Shown in pieces: positions 19,639 to 36,899 of a stretch of 64,000 nt of DNA (the first letter of the stretch is position 1; each line of letters starts with the position of its first letter). Made by a program: the position numbers and the translations under genes. The DNA comes from the human T2T-CHM13v2.0 reference genome, Homo sapiens: NCBI RefSeq assembly GCF_009914755.1, contig NC_060936.1; one strand, written 5' to 3'. Below the pieces are notes generated by a model. It saw nothing but the letters and a program-made list of their open reading frames with translations. It had not been told where the DNA came from and did no database searches.

Positions 19639-19904
19639 ATTTGAACAGAGGAGGATGACTGGCTTTTATTTTCTGTGTAAGCCCTTATACAGGCCCTTTT
19701 ATTATTCCAGTAAAAAATTCCCTTTCACATCTCAATGAATTATTTGATCCACTCTACCTCACTAGAATAAGCCAGTAAACTTTTTTTTTTTTTCAAAAAA
19801 AGAAAATACTGCAGTTGATTACTCAGGAGAATCATAAGCCAAGTATCAACTATCTCCTGCCCCAAGAAGAACTGTAGACTAACTTAAAATAATTTATGTA
19901 ATAA

Positions 19905-20335
19905 TTTTTATCATTCAGGGCCCAATCAGGAAAACAGAAATAGTATACTTTAATATGGGGAATTGCTTACACAGGTCATGTAAAAGATTAGCAACCGCTG
20001 GAGAGACCAAGGAAGAAGGAGATGTTATCAGAGCCCAGGAGCCTGACATGCCTGAAGAAAGCTGCAGCTGGGATGGGCTTTCCCAGGGGTAGTTGGAGCT
20101 AAGGAGGAGGAGATGTAGCTGTTGTCAGAGAAGCTCCCCAAAGTAGAGAGGGAGAATTCTGTCCTCTCTCGTCCTTTTGTGTCTTCCATCAACACTTCTC
20201 ATTGGCTAAACCCACCAGAATAGCAGCTGACATGGGAGTTTGGGTCAGTCCCTCAGGCGTACAGAACAAAACAGACAATAAAAAGGGGAGGAATGAATGG
20301 ATCCGAGGGCAAATATGCCAAGGACCAATACATTG
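19905..20335 (-). mobile_element. Old ERVL-type LTR relic
   Basis: 'tcattcagggcccaatcaggaaaacagaaa' start and 'cattggctaaacccaccagaa' motif. Confidence 0.5.
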
Positions 20336-20552
20336 TTCTTATTTCTGGGACAATTCAGTCTCTTACTGACAAAACTGAGAGAATGAACATCTGCGGATGT
20401 CACTTCACTCTTAAGAACACTTAGACTGTTTAGCTACTTCACTGGAATTTTAATTTAACTTAAAAATGTGTGTTTATGTATGGGATATATGAGTTTGCTA
20501 TATATATGTGTAGCTTCCTTTGGTCAATTGACAACCTACTTCAAACACTGTA

Positions 20553-20992
20553 CAGCTAACCCTTAAACAACATGGGTTTGAACTTTGAGGATCCACTTAT
20601 ATGCAAATTTTCTTCTTCTTCTGCCATCTACTCAGACTGCAAGACCAACCCCTCCTCTTCCTCCTCCTCTTCAGCCTACTCAATGTGAAGACAATGAAAA
20701 TGAAGACCTTTCGGATGACCCACTTCCACTTAGTGAATAGTAAATATATTTTCTCTTCCTTATGATTTTCTTAGTAACATTTTCTTTTCTTATCTTTACT
20801 GTAAGAATACAGTATGTGATAGATGTAGCATACAAAAAATGTCTTAACTGGCTGTTTATGTTATCATTAAGGCTTCCAGTCAACAGTAGCTGTTAGTAGT
20901 TAATTTTCTGGGGACTCAAAAGTTATACATACATTTTCTACTGTGTGGAGGGGTTTGCATCCCTAACCCCCACATTTTTCAAGGGTCATCTG
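20553..20992 (+). mobile_element. Tigger2a-like non-autonomous DNA transposon, complete
   Basis: TIRs cagctaacccttaaa / ttcaagggtcatctg. TA TSD at 20551-52 and 20993-94. Internal 'aagaccaacccctcctcttcctcctcct'. Confidence 0.9.
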
Positions 20993-21264
20993 TAGTCACC
21001 TTTTAAAGTAAAACCTAAGTCTCCAGAATAACAGTCAGAATGTTATAATGTGATATATACTTATATTAAATATATAATATTATTAACTATTACTAATCAT
21101 TGACTTATCGTCAAATTCTACCTCTTCTGAGAGGATGAGTTTTAGGAACTCTTTCAACAGTCCCACGTTAAGAAATTAATAACTATGATCGCCTTAGTCC
21201 AGACCTGAATGTTTAGATGGCATCATCTGGGTCCTGTTAGTGAATTAGAAACTATAATGTTATT

Positions 21265-22599
<1,335 letters not shown>

Positions 22600-22922
22600 A
22601 GAGAATTTAAAATTTAAATTACCATAACAAAGGCTAAGAATATGAAATAGTGGAAGGAAGGTATGTGATGGGCTTGTTCCCTTACAGCCAGGATACACTG
22701 AGGTACTCATGTGCAAGATTTGGAAGTTAGAAGTGTTGGGGAAGCTGTGCTTCTGTTTTTGCTAAGGGTAACAAGGAACAGTTGGTTTTCTGCAGTAAGG
22801 GAAACTGTACTAAATTCTCAGGTGTTGAGAGATGAGACATGGAGCTTCCATTTTGCTGGTGTGGATTGTGGATAGAGTGGTGTGTTCTTGGAATGAGCAT
22901 TTGCATTTTCCCTGTTCTCCAG

Positions 22923-22995
22923 ATTTCTGTTATATCTGAGGATCGTTTCTGGCATCTATGGCTAAATCTTGCTCCTCCAGCCCATACATTGCTAG
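22923..22995 (+). other. Candidate 73-nt cryptic exon within an LTR-like relic
   Basis: Acceptor ttttccctgttctccag|A and donor TAG|gtaagt. Confidence 0.35.
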
Positions 22996-23199
22996 GTAAG
23001 TTTCTATTTCTCTATATAAATGACTTTTCTGATTAGATAAGCTGGAGGGATTCTATATCGTCAACTTAATCTTAATATACTACTAAATGCTAAAAAGTAC
23101 AAATGGTAATATTTCCCCTGACTTCCAGAAATATACTTCACATTTGTTAAAAATCTTACCCTGGAAGGTGGCAGAAAATGAACTAGATTCAAAGATTTT

Positions 23200-24911
<1,712 letters not shown>

Positions 24912-25661
24912 AAGGATTTTGGTCCTTTTAACAAATTCAGAAACTTAATAACATAATTGTGTTAGATGTAAAAACAGACCAGTTTCACAAAATTCAGTAA
25001 CTTCAGGAGAATTTTTTTTTTTGAGTTACCTGAAATGTCCCATAATTGTTCCTTTTAATTTTAATTTAGCTAACTAGTAATAATTATCCATGTCATAATT
25101 TGCCTGTTTGCCTTCTCCTCTCTTTAACATGATTCACGCATGGTCTTTTGTTGACGGTTGTTTTCTCGTCCTCTTGATATTTGTATTTTAGGTATCTATT
25201 ACATTAATCCACAAAGGCATTGCAGGGCATTTCTCTGCTAATATTAGCTATACTTTGGGTTAAACTCTCATCTAGGAAACATCCTAACTTAGAAGATGGT
25301 TTTCCTTTGGGTCACTGCTTCAGGAATGCCAACTGAGTCTAAGAAGAAAGATATAAATCCTCATAATGTAACATTGTTAAATGCCAGACAATAGGATGCC
25401 TGGGTGAGTAGGAGGGTCTTAGGTGACATCTCCAAATACGAGGCTGATATTGACTTTAAAGTGCTTGCTTTTTGTGCTTATAGAGGTAACACATAAAATT
25501 TGTAGAAAATTAACTTGAAGAAAAGTATAAAAATGAAAGCAAAATTTATCATGAATTCCACAATTCAGAGACATCATCTTCTGTTAATCATTATTGATAT
25601 ATTTAGGTTTATTTTATCCAGCCTTATTTCACGTATAAATGTGCATTAAAAATATTTTATT

Positions 25662-25965
25662 GGCCGGGCGCGGTGGCTCACGTCTGTAATCCCAGCACTT
25701 TGGGAGGCCGAGGCGGGCGGATCACGAGGTCAGGAGATCGAGACCATCTTGGCTAACACGGTGAAACCCCGTCTCTACTAAAAATACAAAAAATTAGCCG
25801 GGCAAGGTGGAGGGTGCCTGTAGGCCCAGCTATTCGGGAGGCTGAGGCAGGAGAATGGCGTAAACCCCGGGGGGCGGAGCCTGCAGTGAGCCGAGATCGC
25901 GCCACTGCACTCCAGCCTGGGCGACAGAGCGAGACTCCGTCACAAAAAAAAAAAAAAAAAAAAAA
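25662..25965 (+). mobile_element. AluY, Ye5-like
   Basis: CpG-rich AluY with 'gggcaaggtgg' and 'aaccccggggggcggagcctgcag' diagnostics, a pure A tail, and an approximate TSD aaaaat(a)ttttatt. Confidence 0.9.
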
Positions 25966-27170
25966 TTTTATTATAGAAAACCTCAAATGTGCATAAAAGT
26001 AGATAGGAGAGTATAATGATCTCTATGTACTTGTTGTCTATCTCCCACAGTTAGCATTTTGCCAATCATACTTCATTTATTTCTCACTTTATTATCTACT
26101 CACCGCTCACCTCCACTTTTTTGGCTATAGTATTTTAAAACAAATCCCACAAGTCATTTAATTTCACTCATAAATACTTCAGTATATATCTTATCAGATA
26201 AAGTTTTTCTTTTGGTTTTAACATCAGTGCATGCTGTTATCAGTCTCATAATAATTAAAATAGCAATTCTTGGCTGGGTGTGGTGACTCACTCCTGTAAT
26301 CCCAGCACTTTGGGAGGCCGAGGTTGGGGTGGATCACCTGAAGTAAGGAGTTCGAGACCAGCCTGTCCAACATGGTGAAACCTGTCTGTACTAAAAATAC
26401 AAAAATTAGCCGTAATCCCAGCTACTTGGGAGGCTGAGTCAGGAGAATTGCTTGAACCCGGGAGGCAGAGGTTACAGTGAGCCGATGGAGTCATTGCATG
26501 CCATCCTGGGTGACAAAAGTGAGACTCTGTCTCAAAAAAAAAAAAAAAGCAATTCTTTAATATCATCTAGTATCAATGCATATTTAAATTTTTCTAATTA
26601 TCTCAAAGATTACTTTTTTAAAAAAAGTGAAGTCTGTTAATAAGGATCCAAATAAAGTTCACATATTAAAATACATTGAATTGATATATTTTTTAAGTTT
26701 CTTTTAGTCCAGTTTCTTCTCCTTTTTAAAAATGCCATTCCTTTGTGAAATAACCCAGTTGTTTTATAGATATTTTATATCTGCATTTGACTAATTGCTT
26801 CCTCATGGTGTCATTTAACCTGTTTCCTGATTTCCAATATTTTCTGAGAGATTGGTAGTTGAATTTAGAAACTTGATATAATTCTGGTTCACTTTTATGT
26901 GTTATTTATTTTTTGACAGCCATATTTCATAGGCGATACTGTGCATTCTATTGTGTCACATCAAGAAGCACATGCCTGATTGTCCCACCTTTCATGATGC
27001 TGAGCTTGATCAATTGGTTTTCATAGTATCAGACTGATCCACCTATTGTAAAATTCCCTTAATGGTTTCATCATCCATTATAAACTTTTTTTGTACTTGC
27101 AAAATAGTGAACCTCTGATTCTATTATTCTTTTTGCACTTGTTAGCAAGAATTCTTCTATGAAGCAATAA
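25966..27170 (-). mobile_element. Old L1MC/ME 3' region hosting Alus
   Basis: 'tattttaaaacaaatccc...taaatacttcagtat', 'taaggatccaaataaagttcac', 'ttgcttcctcatggtgtcatttaac'. Confidence 0.6.
26272..26548 (+). mobile_element. AluS with ~20-nt internal deletion
   Basis: 'aaattagccgtaatccc' lacks the start of the right monomer. TSD agcaattctt. Confidence 0.95.
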
Positions 27171-27177
27171 CTTCCCA

Positions 27178-27468
27178 GGCTGGGCACGGTGGCTCACGCC
27201 TGTAATCCCAGCACTTTGAGAGGCTGAGGTGGGAAGATTGTTTGAGGCCACAAGTTTGAGACCAGTGTGGGCAACATAGTAAGACCTCATCTGTAAAAAA
27301 AATTAAAAAATTAGCCAGGCATGGTGGTGCATGCCTATAGTTCCAGCTACTCGGGAGGGTGAGATGGAGGATTGTTTGAACTTGGGAGGTGGAAGCTGCA
27401 TTGAGCCGTAATGGCACCACTATACTGTAGACTGGGTGATGGAGAAAGAAACTGTCTCAAGAAAAAAA
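27178..27468 (+). mobile_element. AluJ
   Basis: Diverged Alu dimer ('gggaagattgtttgaggcc', 'gcaacatagtaagacc'). Confidence 0.93.
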
Positions 27469-28489
27469 TTTTTAAAACCCTAAAGCAATCATTAAATTTA
27501 ATGTCTATATTATATTTAATAGTAGGAATATATAATAATTTATGTAATCATTATTTTCTTTCAGTTGCTGATAGTCTTTGTTCTTTTGTTATTAATATAT
27601 ATATAAAGCCAACATAGACAACTTCGTACAAATTCATCCGACCAAATGTCTGATAAATTCTGAAAAGCAGAATTATAAAGTCAAAGAATGTGAAGGTTCT
27701 TACTATATCTTGTCTGGCTCAATATTATTATTTAATATATAGCCGTTCTTTAATTGTCTTCATTCTTGAGATAGAAAACTTATCTGAAGTTGATGGCCAT
27801 TTAACTGTTCTTTCTTTAGAATAACTTTTATTGAGTACAACTCTACCCATAATTAGCATGATAATACCTGGGGGATTGAGAAAGCTCAGCTGGCAGGAGA
27901 GATTCTTGATGAGTAACTTTCCATAAAAAGAAGTAATATGCTTCTCATAGTGACTTTTGAGTAGAGTATTGTCTGCTAAGTAGGTGCTGTGAAATCATAG
28001 CCAGGAGTCCTATCAGCCTCCTGGTTTACTGGGACTGCTCATCATATCTTAGTTTGGTGGAGACTACTGGAAAGACAGAAAAGGCTGCTATGCAAAACAG
28101 TACTTGAAGTGAAACTCAGAGGAAGTTACATAGACACTTGAAAACTTTTGCTCAAAAAGAAGCAGTTTGTTTTTTGCTTGATTCTCTTAGAAAGACTATA
28201 TATTGAGATACAATTTGTATACCACAAAACTCATCCATTTTCATTGTAGCATTCAATGAGTTTCAGTGAATTTATATAGCTGTGAAATCATCACCAAAAT
28301 CATGTTTTTGGAACACTTCCATTATTTATGTAGTTTAAAAAATAAGATTATCATAAATCTCAATGAATTCCTTGCTTTTGATATAGTTATTTTATGTTCA
28401 CAATGTTATACAATCATCATTTGTTATTTAATTCCAGAATATTTTAATCACTCCCCCAGAAACCCCCATATTCATTAAGGAGTGACTCA

Positions 28490-28917
28490 TTGATGGACTA
28501 TTTAAAGAAAATGTGGTACATATACACCATGGAATACTATGCAGCTATAAAAAGGAATGAAGTCATGTCCTTTGCAGCAACATGGATGCACTGGGAGACC
28601 ATTATCCTAAGCAAATTAACACAAGGACAGAAAACCAAATACTGCGTGTTCTCACTTATAAGTGGGAGCTAAACATTGAGTACACATGGACATAAAGATG
28701 GGAACAACAGACACTGGGGCCTACTAGAAGGGGGAGGGACAGAGTGTGGAGTGGCCTAAAAATCTTTCTATCCTGTACTATGCTCACTATCTGGGTGATG
28801 GAATCATCCATACCTCAAACCTCAGCATCATGCAATATACCCATGTAACAAATCTGCACTTGTACTCCCTGAATCTAAAGCAATAGTTAAAATTAAAAAA
28901 TGAAACTTAAAAATAAA
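28490..28917 (+). mobile_element. L1PA (old, ~PA15-16-like) 3' end
   Basis: ORF2 C-terminus (KKMWYIYTMEYYAAIKRNE...FSLISGS*) followed by 3'UTR and A-rich tail. Confidence 0.9.
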
Positions 28918-29100
28918 GCAATGGAACAGCATCTGCAAAGTGACAATGAGGAAAAGAAAATGGACCCAAGAACATTTATACACAGTGAGGTTGTTATTTG
29001 TTGCCTTTTTAAGACAGTAGGCATACATGAAATAATCAACAGACACACAATCTGTTCTCTATATCATGCATATTCTTCATCTGCAGGTTCCAGAGATTAA

Positions 29101-29420
<320 letters not shown>

Positions 29421-32400
29421 AAATTTTTTAAAAAATAAACATAACACTACAATCATAAAAGTAATATAAAATAAAACAAATTAATGTAGTTATTAATGAA
29501 AGTCAATTTTGGATTATAAGAGACCAGATGTTCCAAATGTATATAAATATAACACAAAAATTTTGAAGGCACACATGTTTATTGATAACTCGCAATAAAT
29601 GCTCACAAACTGACAGCTCTACTATGAAAGTTATCATAGCTTCATACGATGAAGTAGGTGCAGAAATTTCACCTACTGAAATTTCATCAAAGACATATGA
29701 TGCTTTGAAGTTTCATATATACCATGGGGATAGCTTTTTCTTTTCCTTTTTTTTTTTGGAGGGGGGGGGCAGGGGTAGCTTTTTCTTAACAAAAATATCC
29801 TCCTTCCCCAGAAATGAAACTCATTGACAGTATCAACCGTTCCACAACAATTTTTTTCTTTTCAGCCTGAGATTTCCACATTAACTTGGATTGATCATGA
29901 AACTTCTATTTTTCTAGAAAATAATTTACTTTTTCAAGATTTTACAAGCAACTAGTAAAGAGTTTTGCATAGTATACTGCAGTTAAAAATATTCTCTGCA
30001 ATTATATCTCCTTTGCATTACTTATTTTGTACACTTCTATACCTTTTATTATATCCATAAGAAATTAGTCTGTTACTATTTTTTGAATAATTTTGAATTG
30101 ATTATTAATTTACTTTTTCTTATTTCTATGTTCTAACTTCTTTAATTTGGAGTTTAGTTTTCATTCTTTTATTAAATAAATTACAGTAATAAATTTACCT
30201 TGTGGTAATTTTGATATGATAGGTTCTCATTTTCATTATTTACAAAGTGTTTATTTTAAAAGTTTTGGGTTGCTAACCTTAATTTTTAAAAATAGAAGAC
30301 ATTTAAAACAATCTAAATGCTGATAGCTTGGAAAAAGTAGGTTTTTCCAACTTTATATAATGTGTTAAATAAAGTCTTGAAAAGATTCTATGAGAGTTTT
30401 CTGGATCCTCTTAAAAATTTTGTTTATGTAAATTTGTTGTGCATTATTAAACATTTTTGATAAGGTAGAAAATGACTAAGCAGAAGACAGAATATCTGTA
30501 TTCTGCTAAAATACTGTTGACATTAACATGGAATGTTCTTTTAACATTCCAATGCATGGCTATATTATAATTTATTTAACTGTATCTTTATTGATAGATA
30601 TTTAGGATGATTTGGGTATTTTAGTTTTATAAACAATAAAACTGTGAATATCTTTGGATGTATATTTGTGACTTGTCTAGTTTATTTTAAGGGTTAAAAC
30701 ATGAATTATTGGATGCCAGTAGAGTTGTTTTCTATTAATAATTAGTTCTGGTATTTGTTTTTACTTTTGTGCAATGATAATTATAGTAATTATTTAAATA
30801 ATTTCATGTCTAACTGGATTTAATGCTCATTGTCAGCCCCACCTCTTTTTTTTTTTTTTAACAAGGCTTGTGGTTTCTATATTTTCTGATTTGCCTCTGT
30901 GTTGCCTCTGCATATGAATGAGCCCTTGGCTGATATGCTTTACCTCACAAAACTTTATCAATATCACACTGTTGTCTTAAGATATTTGATATTGCAGAGA
31001 ACTCTGAGGCCAGAATGATTTTATTTCGTAGTTATAAACCTGTTTCTTTCTACATGAATAGTTACAGGTTTTATTTATCTTTGGAATAAAAACCTGCTAC
31101 GATGTGTCTTGTTATGATCTTTTTATTATTTTTGTAAGACAAGTAAATCCTTTATATCTGAAGACTTAGGACTTCATTTCAGTCAGTAAAATTTTCTTCA
31201 ACTATATTATCATTGTTTTTGCTCTATTGGTTATTCATTTATTGAATTTCTGTTTCCTGCAATTTATATTTATCATCTTCACTTTTATTTTCATCCTTTA
31301 AACTTTCTCTGCATTTTCGGAAAAAGCTTCTAAATTTTGACCTTCAAGTCACTAATTCAATCTTTTTGAATTAGCTTTATTAATGATTAAATTTTATTAT
31401 AGCCTACTTTAATTCTGCTCTTTCATTTTCGTCTCTTAAAATATATTAAAATGCAGTTTAAATCTTACCTTATTATAACCGTTTTCACTCTTATTTTGTT
31501 TCCCCTTTTGAAATCTACTCCCATTTCAAAGGTTGCTTATTTTTTGCTATCTTATTGAAAAGTACCTAGATGTTTTCTTATCTTTTGTTGTGGTAAAAAT
31601 TCCCCTTGTGCCAAAGAATTTGTTATAAACCCCATGTTTGCTTGTTTGGTTGCTTCCTGCTTACTCATCCCATTACAAGATGTTTGCCAGTAGATGGGGT
31701 CTATGGCTGGCTTCTCATCTGATTTATGGTTTATTTGCTGTCAGTAGATTTCCAGTGGGGGAACAGATTAATGTTCACAAGTCCTAGACTATTTATTAGT
31801 ACAGGCTTGCTGGATTGAGATGGACTCTGTGCCACCCACAATTTCTGTTGTCTGATACTTTGAAGCAAGGGAGTAAATGCGAAACTGGTTCTCTATGATT
31901 GGCAGAATCGTCCTCATTTTTATTTCTGCCAAAGGTACTCTACTTGTTGAAGATGTGTCTCTAAGCACGCAGTACATTTACTGTTACCACCACCTTCTCC
32001 TCCTCCTTCACCCTGCACACATACATGCACGTGCACGTTTACTTTTTGTGTTTTGAAAGTCTCATTCTCCGAAGAAAGAAAGGTAAAGATGAAGGCCAGG
32101 TTGGGGTAATAACACTCTCTCTGCCTCCAAGGTAATTTGTGTCCTGGATGGGATAAATTGCCTGGTCTTCTAGTTAGTACTGATCCTGAGTCTTTGATCT
32201 GTATGATAGAGAGTGAAGGATGAAAGACAACTCTTCCTGTATTCTTTCATGTTGTCAGTTTTCTCTGTTTCAAGTAGCTGCTGATTATGACTTACAATTC
32301 ATCTCCCTAGATCCTGCAGCTAATGGAATTTTCTCTGTTTCTGGTGGATGGAAGACTGTCAGTTACAGTTTTTGGTGTCATTAATTTTTGTTTTTCCTCT

Positions 32401-32883
32401 GCCTTTAGAGGTATTTTAGCAAGCAGTTGGGACAGTCTGCAGCATGGACTGCTGGTTAGGTGCCAATTTTTGAAATATTCTCTTGTATTCCAATTTTAAA
32501 CATTGCTATACAGATCATGTCCTAGCATCTCTTAATCGCTTATCTAAATACCACTCTGACAAAGTGGCTACATATCTTCCTGTCTTAGCAAACAGGAGAC
32601 AAGTAGCATCCTCCTCTATTCTAATGACATGGTTTTACTCTTATCCAGGGCTAAGAATAAGAACCAACTGCAATTAGTGACTAATTACTGTCAGAAAGTG
32701 CATTTTTCATGTAAACTGTGCCAAAATTAGAATCATGATTTTTGACAGCGATTCTACAGGATTCAGATTGACCAGACTAACTCTATTCAACAGGTAGATT
32801 CTTATAGTTTTCTGAAGTATATTTTAAAACTAATTCATCTTTCTCAGGCAAAAGGATGTAATGTCACTCAAATTTGTATTTAG

Positions 32884-33262
32884 TTTTTTATTCCTGAGTT
32901 ACTTCACTTAGAATAACGGTCTCCAATTCTATCCAGGTTGCTGTGAATGCTGTTATTTCAATTCTTTTTATGGCTCAATAGTATTCCATGGTATAACCAA
33001 TCATCGTATGTTGTCAGTCATAAGTGGGAGCTAAGCTATGAGGATGCAAAGGCATAAGAATGATGCAATGGACTTTGGGAACTTGGGGGAAAGGGTGGAA
33101 GGGGGGTGAGGGATAAAAGACTACAGATTGGGTATAGTGTATACTGCTCAGGTGATGGCTGCACCAAAATCTCAGAAATCACCACTAAAGAACTTATTCA
33201 TGTAACCAAACACCTCTTGTTCCCCAAAAGCCTATGGAAACTTAAAAAAAAAAAGGAAAAAA
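32884..33262 (+). mobile_element. L1PB-like 3' end with 5' inversion
   Basis: 32884-32995 antisense, 32996-33262 sense with A tail. TSD ttgtatttag at 32874-32883 and 33263-33272. Confidence 0.9.
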
Positions 33263-33414
33263 TTGTATTTAGCTCTGTAGAGGTTCCACTAGGAAATGGA
33301 ATAGTTGGCACTCTCTCCAAGTGAGACTCCAAACAGTTCTCTTTGTTTTTGGAGGCTCTTCTGATATTGTATGGGAGAATAAAACACATGTAGAAGGAGT
33401 ATGCCCGATGGGAC

Positions 33415-33800
33415 TATATCAGTTATCTATTGCTGCATAACAAGTTACTCCAACTTTTAGTAGAAAACAAACAAACAAACACAAAAAGCCCATCATTTAC
33501 TGAGCTCACAATTCTATAGGTTGGCATTTGGGCTAGGCCAGGCTAGGCAGTTCTTTTTGTCTCTGTGGAGATTGCTCCTTTGTCTGCAGTCAGCTGTCAG
33601 TTCACTTGGGGGTTCGTTGGTCTAAGATGATCTCATTCATGTGCACAATGGATGGTTCACGCCAGATAAAGCAGTGGAGGGGCACTTGGGTCACTTGTCT
33701 CTTATCGTTCAGCAGGCTAGACCAGGCTTATCTATATGTAATCTCAGATAATTACAGGTTAGAAGAAAAAGGCATGCAAGGCCTCCTGAGGTCTGGCAGA
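33415..33800 (-). mobile_element. MLT1 (F/G/H-like) LTR fragment
   Basis: 'atcagttatctattgctgcataacaagttactcc...gctcacaattcta...aggcctcctgagg'. Confidence 0.7.
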
Positions 33801-33859
33801 ATGCTGCTTCTGTTAAAACCCTGAATGAGATAATTGATATTGGAGAGAAAAAAATGTAA

Positions 33860-34025
33860 CGGAGATTTTAATAATGTAGTTGTGTGAACTTGGCAAGTTA
33901 TTAACTTTTTTGCATCAGTTTTCTCATTTGTGAAATGGAATAGTAGCAATCATACGTTTGTTATGAAGATTAAACAAGTTAATGCATGTACATACATTCT
34001 AAGTGATATGTGCTAGCTATTACTA
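33860..34025 (+). mobile_element. MIR
   Basis: 'ttggcaagttattaac...cagttttctcatttgtgaaatggaa'. Confidence 0.75.
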
Positions 34026-34924
34026 GTCTTTATTCCATGTCAGGTTAGAGCAACAGAGAGATGGGTACATACTAATTGAATTACTTATAGAAATGCCTTC
34101 ATGGGAAAATAATTAAATATGCTCTCAGTTTCATCAGTGGTTGCTCTAAGAATGGGTTGTGTGATGGTATATCTGCTTTTTCTGTTAAGCCATTTTGTTC
34201 TACTAGATTATTACACATTCCTTGTATCAGATATCATGTAAATTCTTTTTCTGAGAGTTTAGTACAAAGAAAATATATATCCTTATTAATTATTATATTC
34301 ATTTTGTTAGACAATGTGAGGTTAAAAAAAGTAAAACAAGTAAAAATAAAAAAAGAAAAAAACCTCATCACTTTCTCCCTTTTATATTGTGTTGGCTGAC
34401 AGGATTCTCAGAGTTAAATTACTTCTTAGTTTTAGTTTAGTGTGTAGGTTTATCAGATTCATGATATAATTACTTTCCATCGCCCAGATATATTGTTATA
34501 GGCCTTCTTTTCATTATTTAAAAGCTTATGACATATGTATTTTATTATATACTATTTCAACTCATTTTAAAAATAGTTTAAGTCTAAATTAAATTAAAAA
34601 AATTGTTTCTATGAGAAAATGCATTCCAAGTTTCACAGAATCAAATTATAAAAGAAATTTTGGAACATAGCCCATTTATAAATTCAGGAATTCCTCATAT
34701 GTTTTTCCGGGGGGCATTTTTCAGTATCTTATTAGATGTTCCCCTTAGAGGACATATTTCCTAAAAAGAGGAGCAAAATTTAAGACCCTATTTTTTGATA
34801 ATACATGTTAAGCTTCACAATAAAAGTGCCATGTGAATTTATCTTTGTATAGAAATCATTATTTGTTGAAGATAAATAGGAGCCGTGTAACTTTTTTTTT
34901 TTAAATCTAAGGACTTCTTTCTTA

Positions 34925-36060
34925 GAATTCCTTCATCCATTTATTGATTTATTCGATGCCTGTAGAAGACTCAGTTCGTACTAGAATTGTAAATATAGAG
35001 ATTAACTAACATGTCTGTGAGATGAACCAGAAGTGTTCTGGAGCCACATAATTAAGAGCCTTGTAAAACAAGCATGTTGTGAAGTTAGAATTTTATCCTG
35101 AAGGCAACGGGGATCTACGGAAGCATTTTAGACACCAAAATAACATGATCACGTTTGCTTTGTAGAGTGACCTTGGACAGTTGTTTGGGAGATGAATTTA
35201 TGGTGGTGATGGAGAAACAGAAGCAAGTGAGTCGGTAGGACTGCACGTTGGAATATGAAATAAGGAGCTTTTTCATAACAACCAGAAGAAATACTTTGAA
35301 AGTGGCCATGAGCATGGGAAAAATGGGCCAAATCCGAGAAACATTTAGAAGACTGACTTGATATAATTTTGCAGAATTGAGTGGGATGATTTAGGTTTCC
35401 AACTTGGGCAATGGAGTAGATAATATTGGTCTTCATGGGGACAGGGAGTAAATGACACAAAGATTGGTGGGATTTAACACAGTGCAGCTGGTTTTGGGCA
35501 TGTTGAAATGGAGAAAAATGGAGATGCCTGTGGGACAGCTGAATTGTTTGTGGATTTATTGGTCTAAAGCTCAGGAATGAAGGCAGAGATTCCAGAGATA
35601 GTAAATCACTGATAACCATTGAAGGCATAGGTATAGATAAAAATTCCTGAAAAAGTGTGTAGATAGAAAACATTGTTGACAATGGAACCCTGGGGGAATA
35701 GTAGCACTTAAGAAGGAGAATGGTATGGAGGAAGTTAATCTAAGTGAGAATCAGTAAATAAGGGAAAATCCAGAGATCGTGGCCTTGAGAGGCAAAAGTT
35801 GAAGGAGGGAGTAGTTTATAATGTCAAATGTCAAAGAGAGGTCATGTAAGATATGGAATAAAAAAAATTGGAATTTCAAATTGGTGTATGGTATCAGAAA
35901 CTGGCAGGAACAAGTTTAGCAGAATTGAGGGTTAAAACTGAGTCGCAGTCTGAAAAATGAATGAGGGATGAAGCATTGGAGACAATGAGTTCAGACTTTG
36001 GGCTCTGAAGGGAGGGAAAGAGAGCAGTAGTTATAGGGGAGGGGGACGCAGGAAAAAAGC
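34925..36060 (-). mobile_element. L2 fragment(s)
   Basis: 'ttttatcctgaaggcaacggggatc...acatgatc', 'gttttgggcatgttgaaa', 'aatgtcaaatg...gagaggtca'. Confidence 0.75.
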
Positions 36061-36899
36061 AGGATTGCTTTAATATTTGGCAGATGACTATCATTTTACA
36101 TTGAATAAACGAATAAGTGAAGAGTGGATATTTGATGGCAAAAAGCCTCTGCTGTGGGAGGGGGTGGGAATCAGAGTGGTGAGTCCCCTGGTGGCATGAG
36201 TAGCACCGTTTCATTTTAATTCTGTTGAAACTTTATACAGCTCCACAACAATAGGGTAACTTATATGTGTCCTTCATCAATTAGTAATCTTCATTTATAA
36301 CCAATGGGAGTTTTAAGAAATGATTAATTTTCATTGTACTCTCAAAAAGAGCAATATCTATAGTCACGACACTCATAAAGTCCCCAGAGTTCCATTTTTC
36401 GCTACTCATTCCTCAGATTTTGTGACTCATTAGGACTTGTTCTTCATTAATTCAACAAAAATTATGCTCAGTGTCAGGAACATCATGATGAACAAAACAC
36501 AGTGCCTGCCCTTGAGACACTGTAGTTGCACACAGGGCCTAGCTGGAAATTAATCTCAAGGTACTTAATGTTGATGATAGTGACATGACAGTAATGTACT
36601 AGTGATAATGATATAATCCTTGATCCAATTGTCCACTTAATATGATTGTGACAAAAACAATAAGTGTCAACCCCTCCTCTGCACAAGTTTTTAGTGGAGT
36701 TCCATGAAATAGTCCTATGGAATTCCTCTCATGAAAGTAAAATAAATTAGTACTATTAAAGAACTAACAAATTTTTCACAAAAATGTGCTTTCAAGGTTG
36801 TCACTTTCTTTTTGTATTTTATTTCTTTTTTTCACTATGAACTGAGTATCCTGAGAATAAGGAGCTTGCCTAATACTTTGCCTTCAAGGTATATTATAC

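Noticed and set aside
35149-35682. 177-aa minus-strand ORF
   Set aside because: Lies within decayed L2 sequence.
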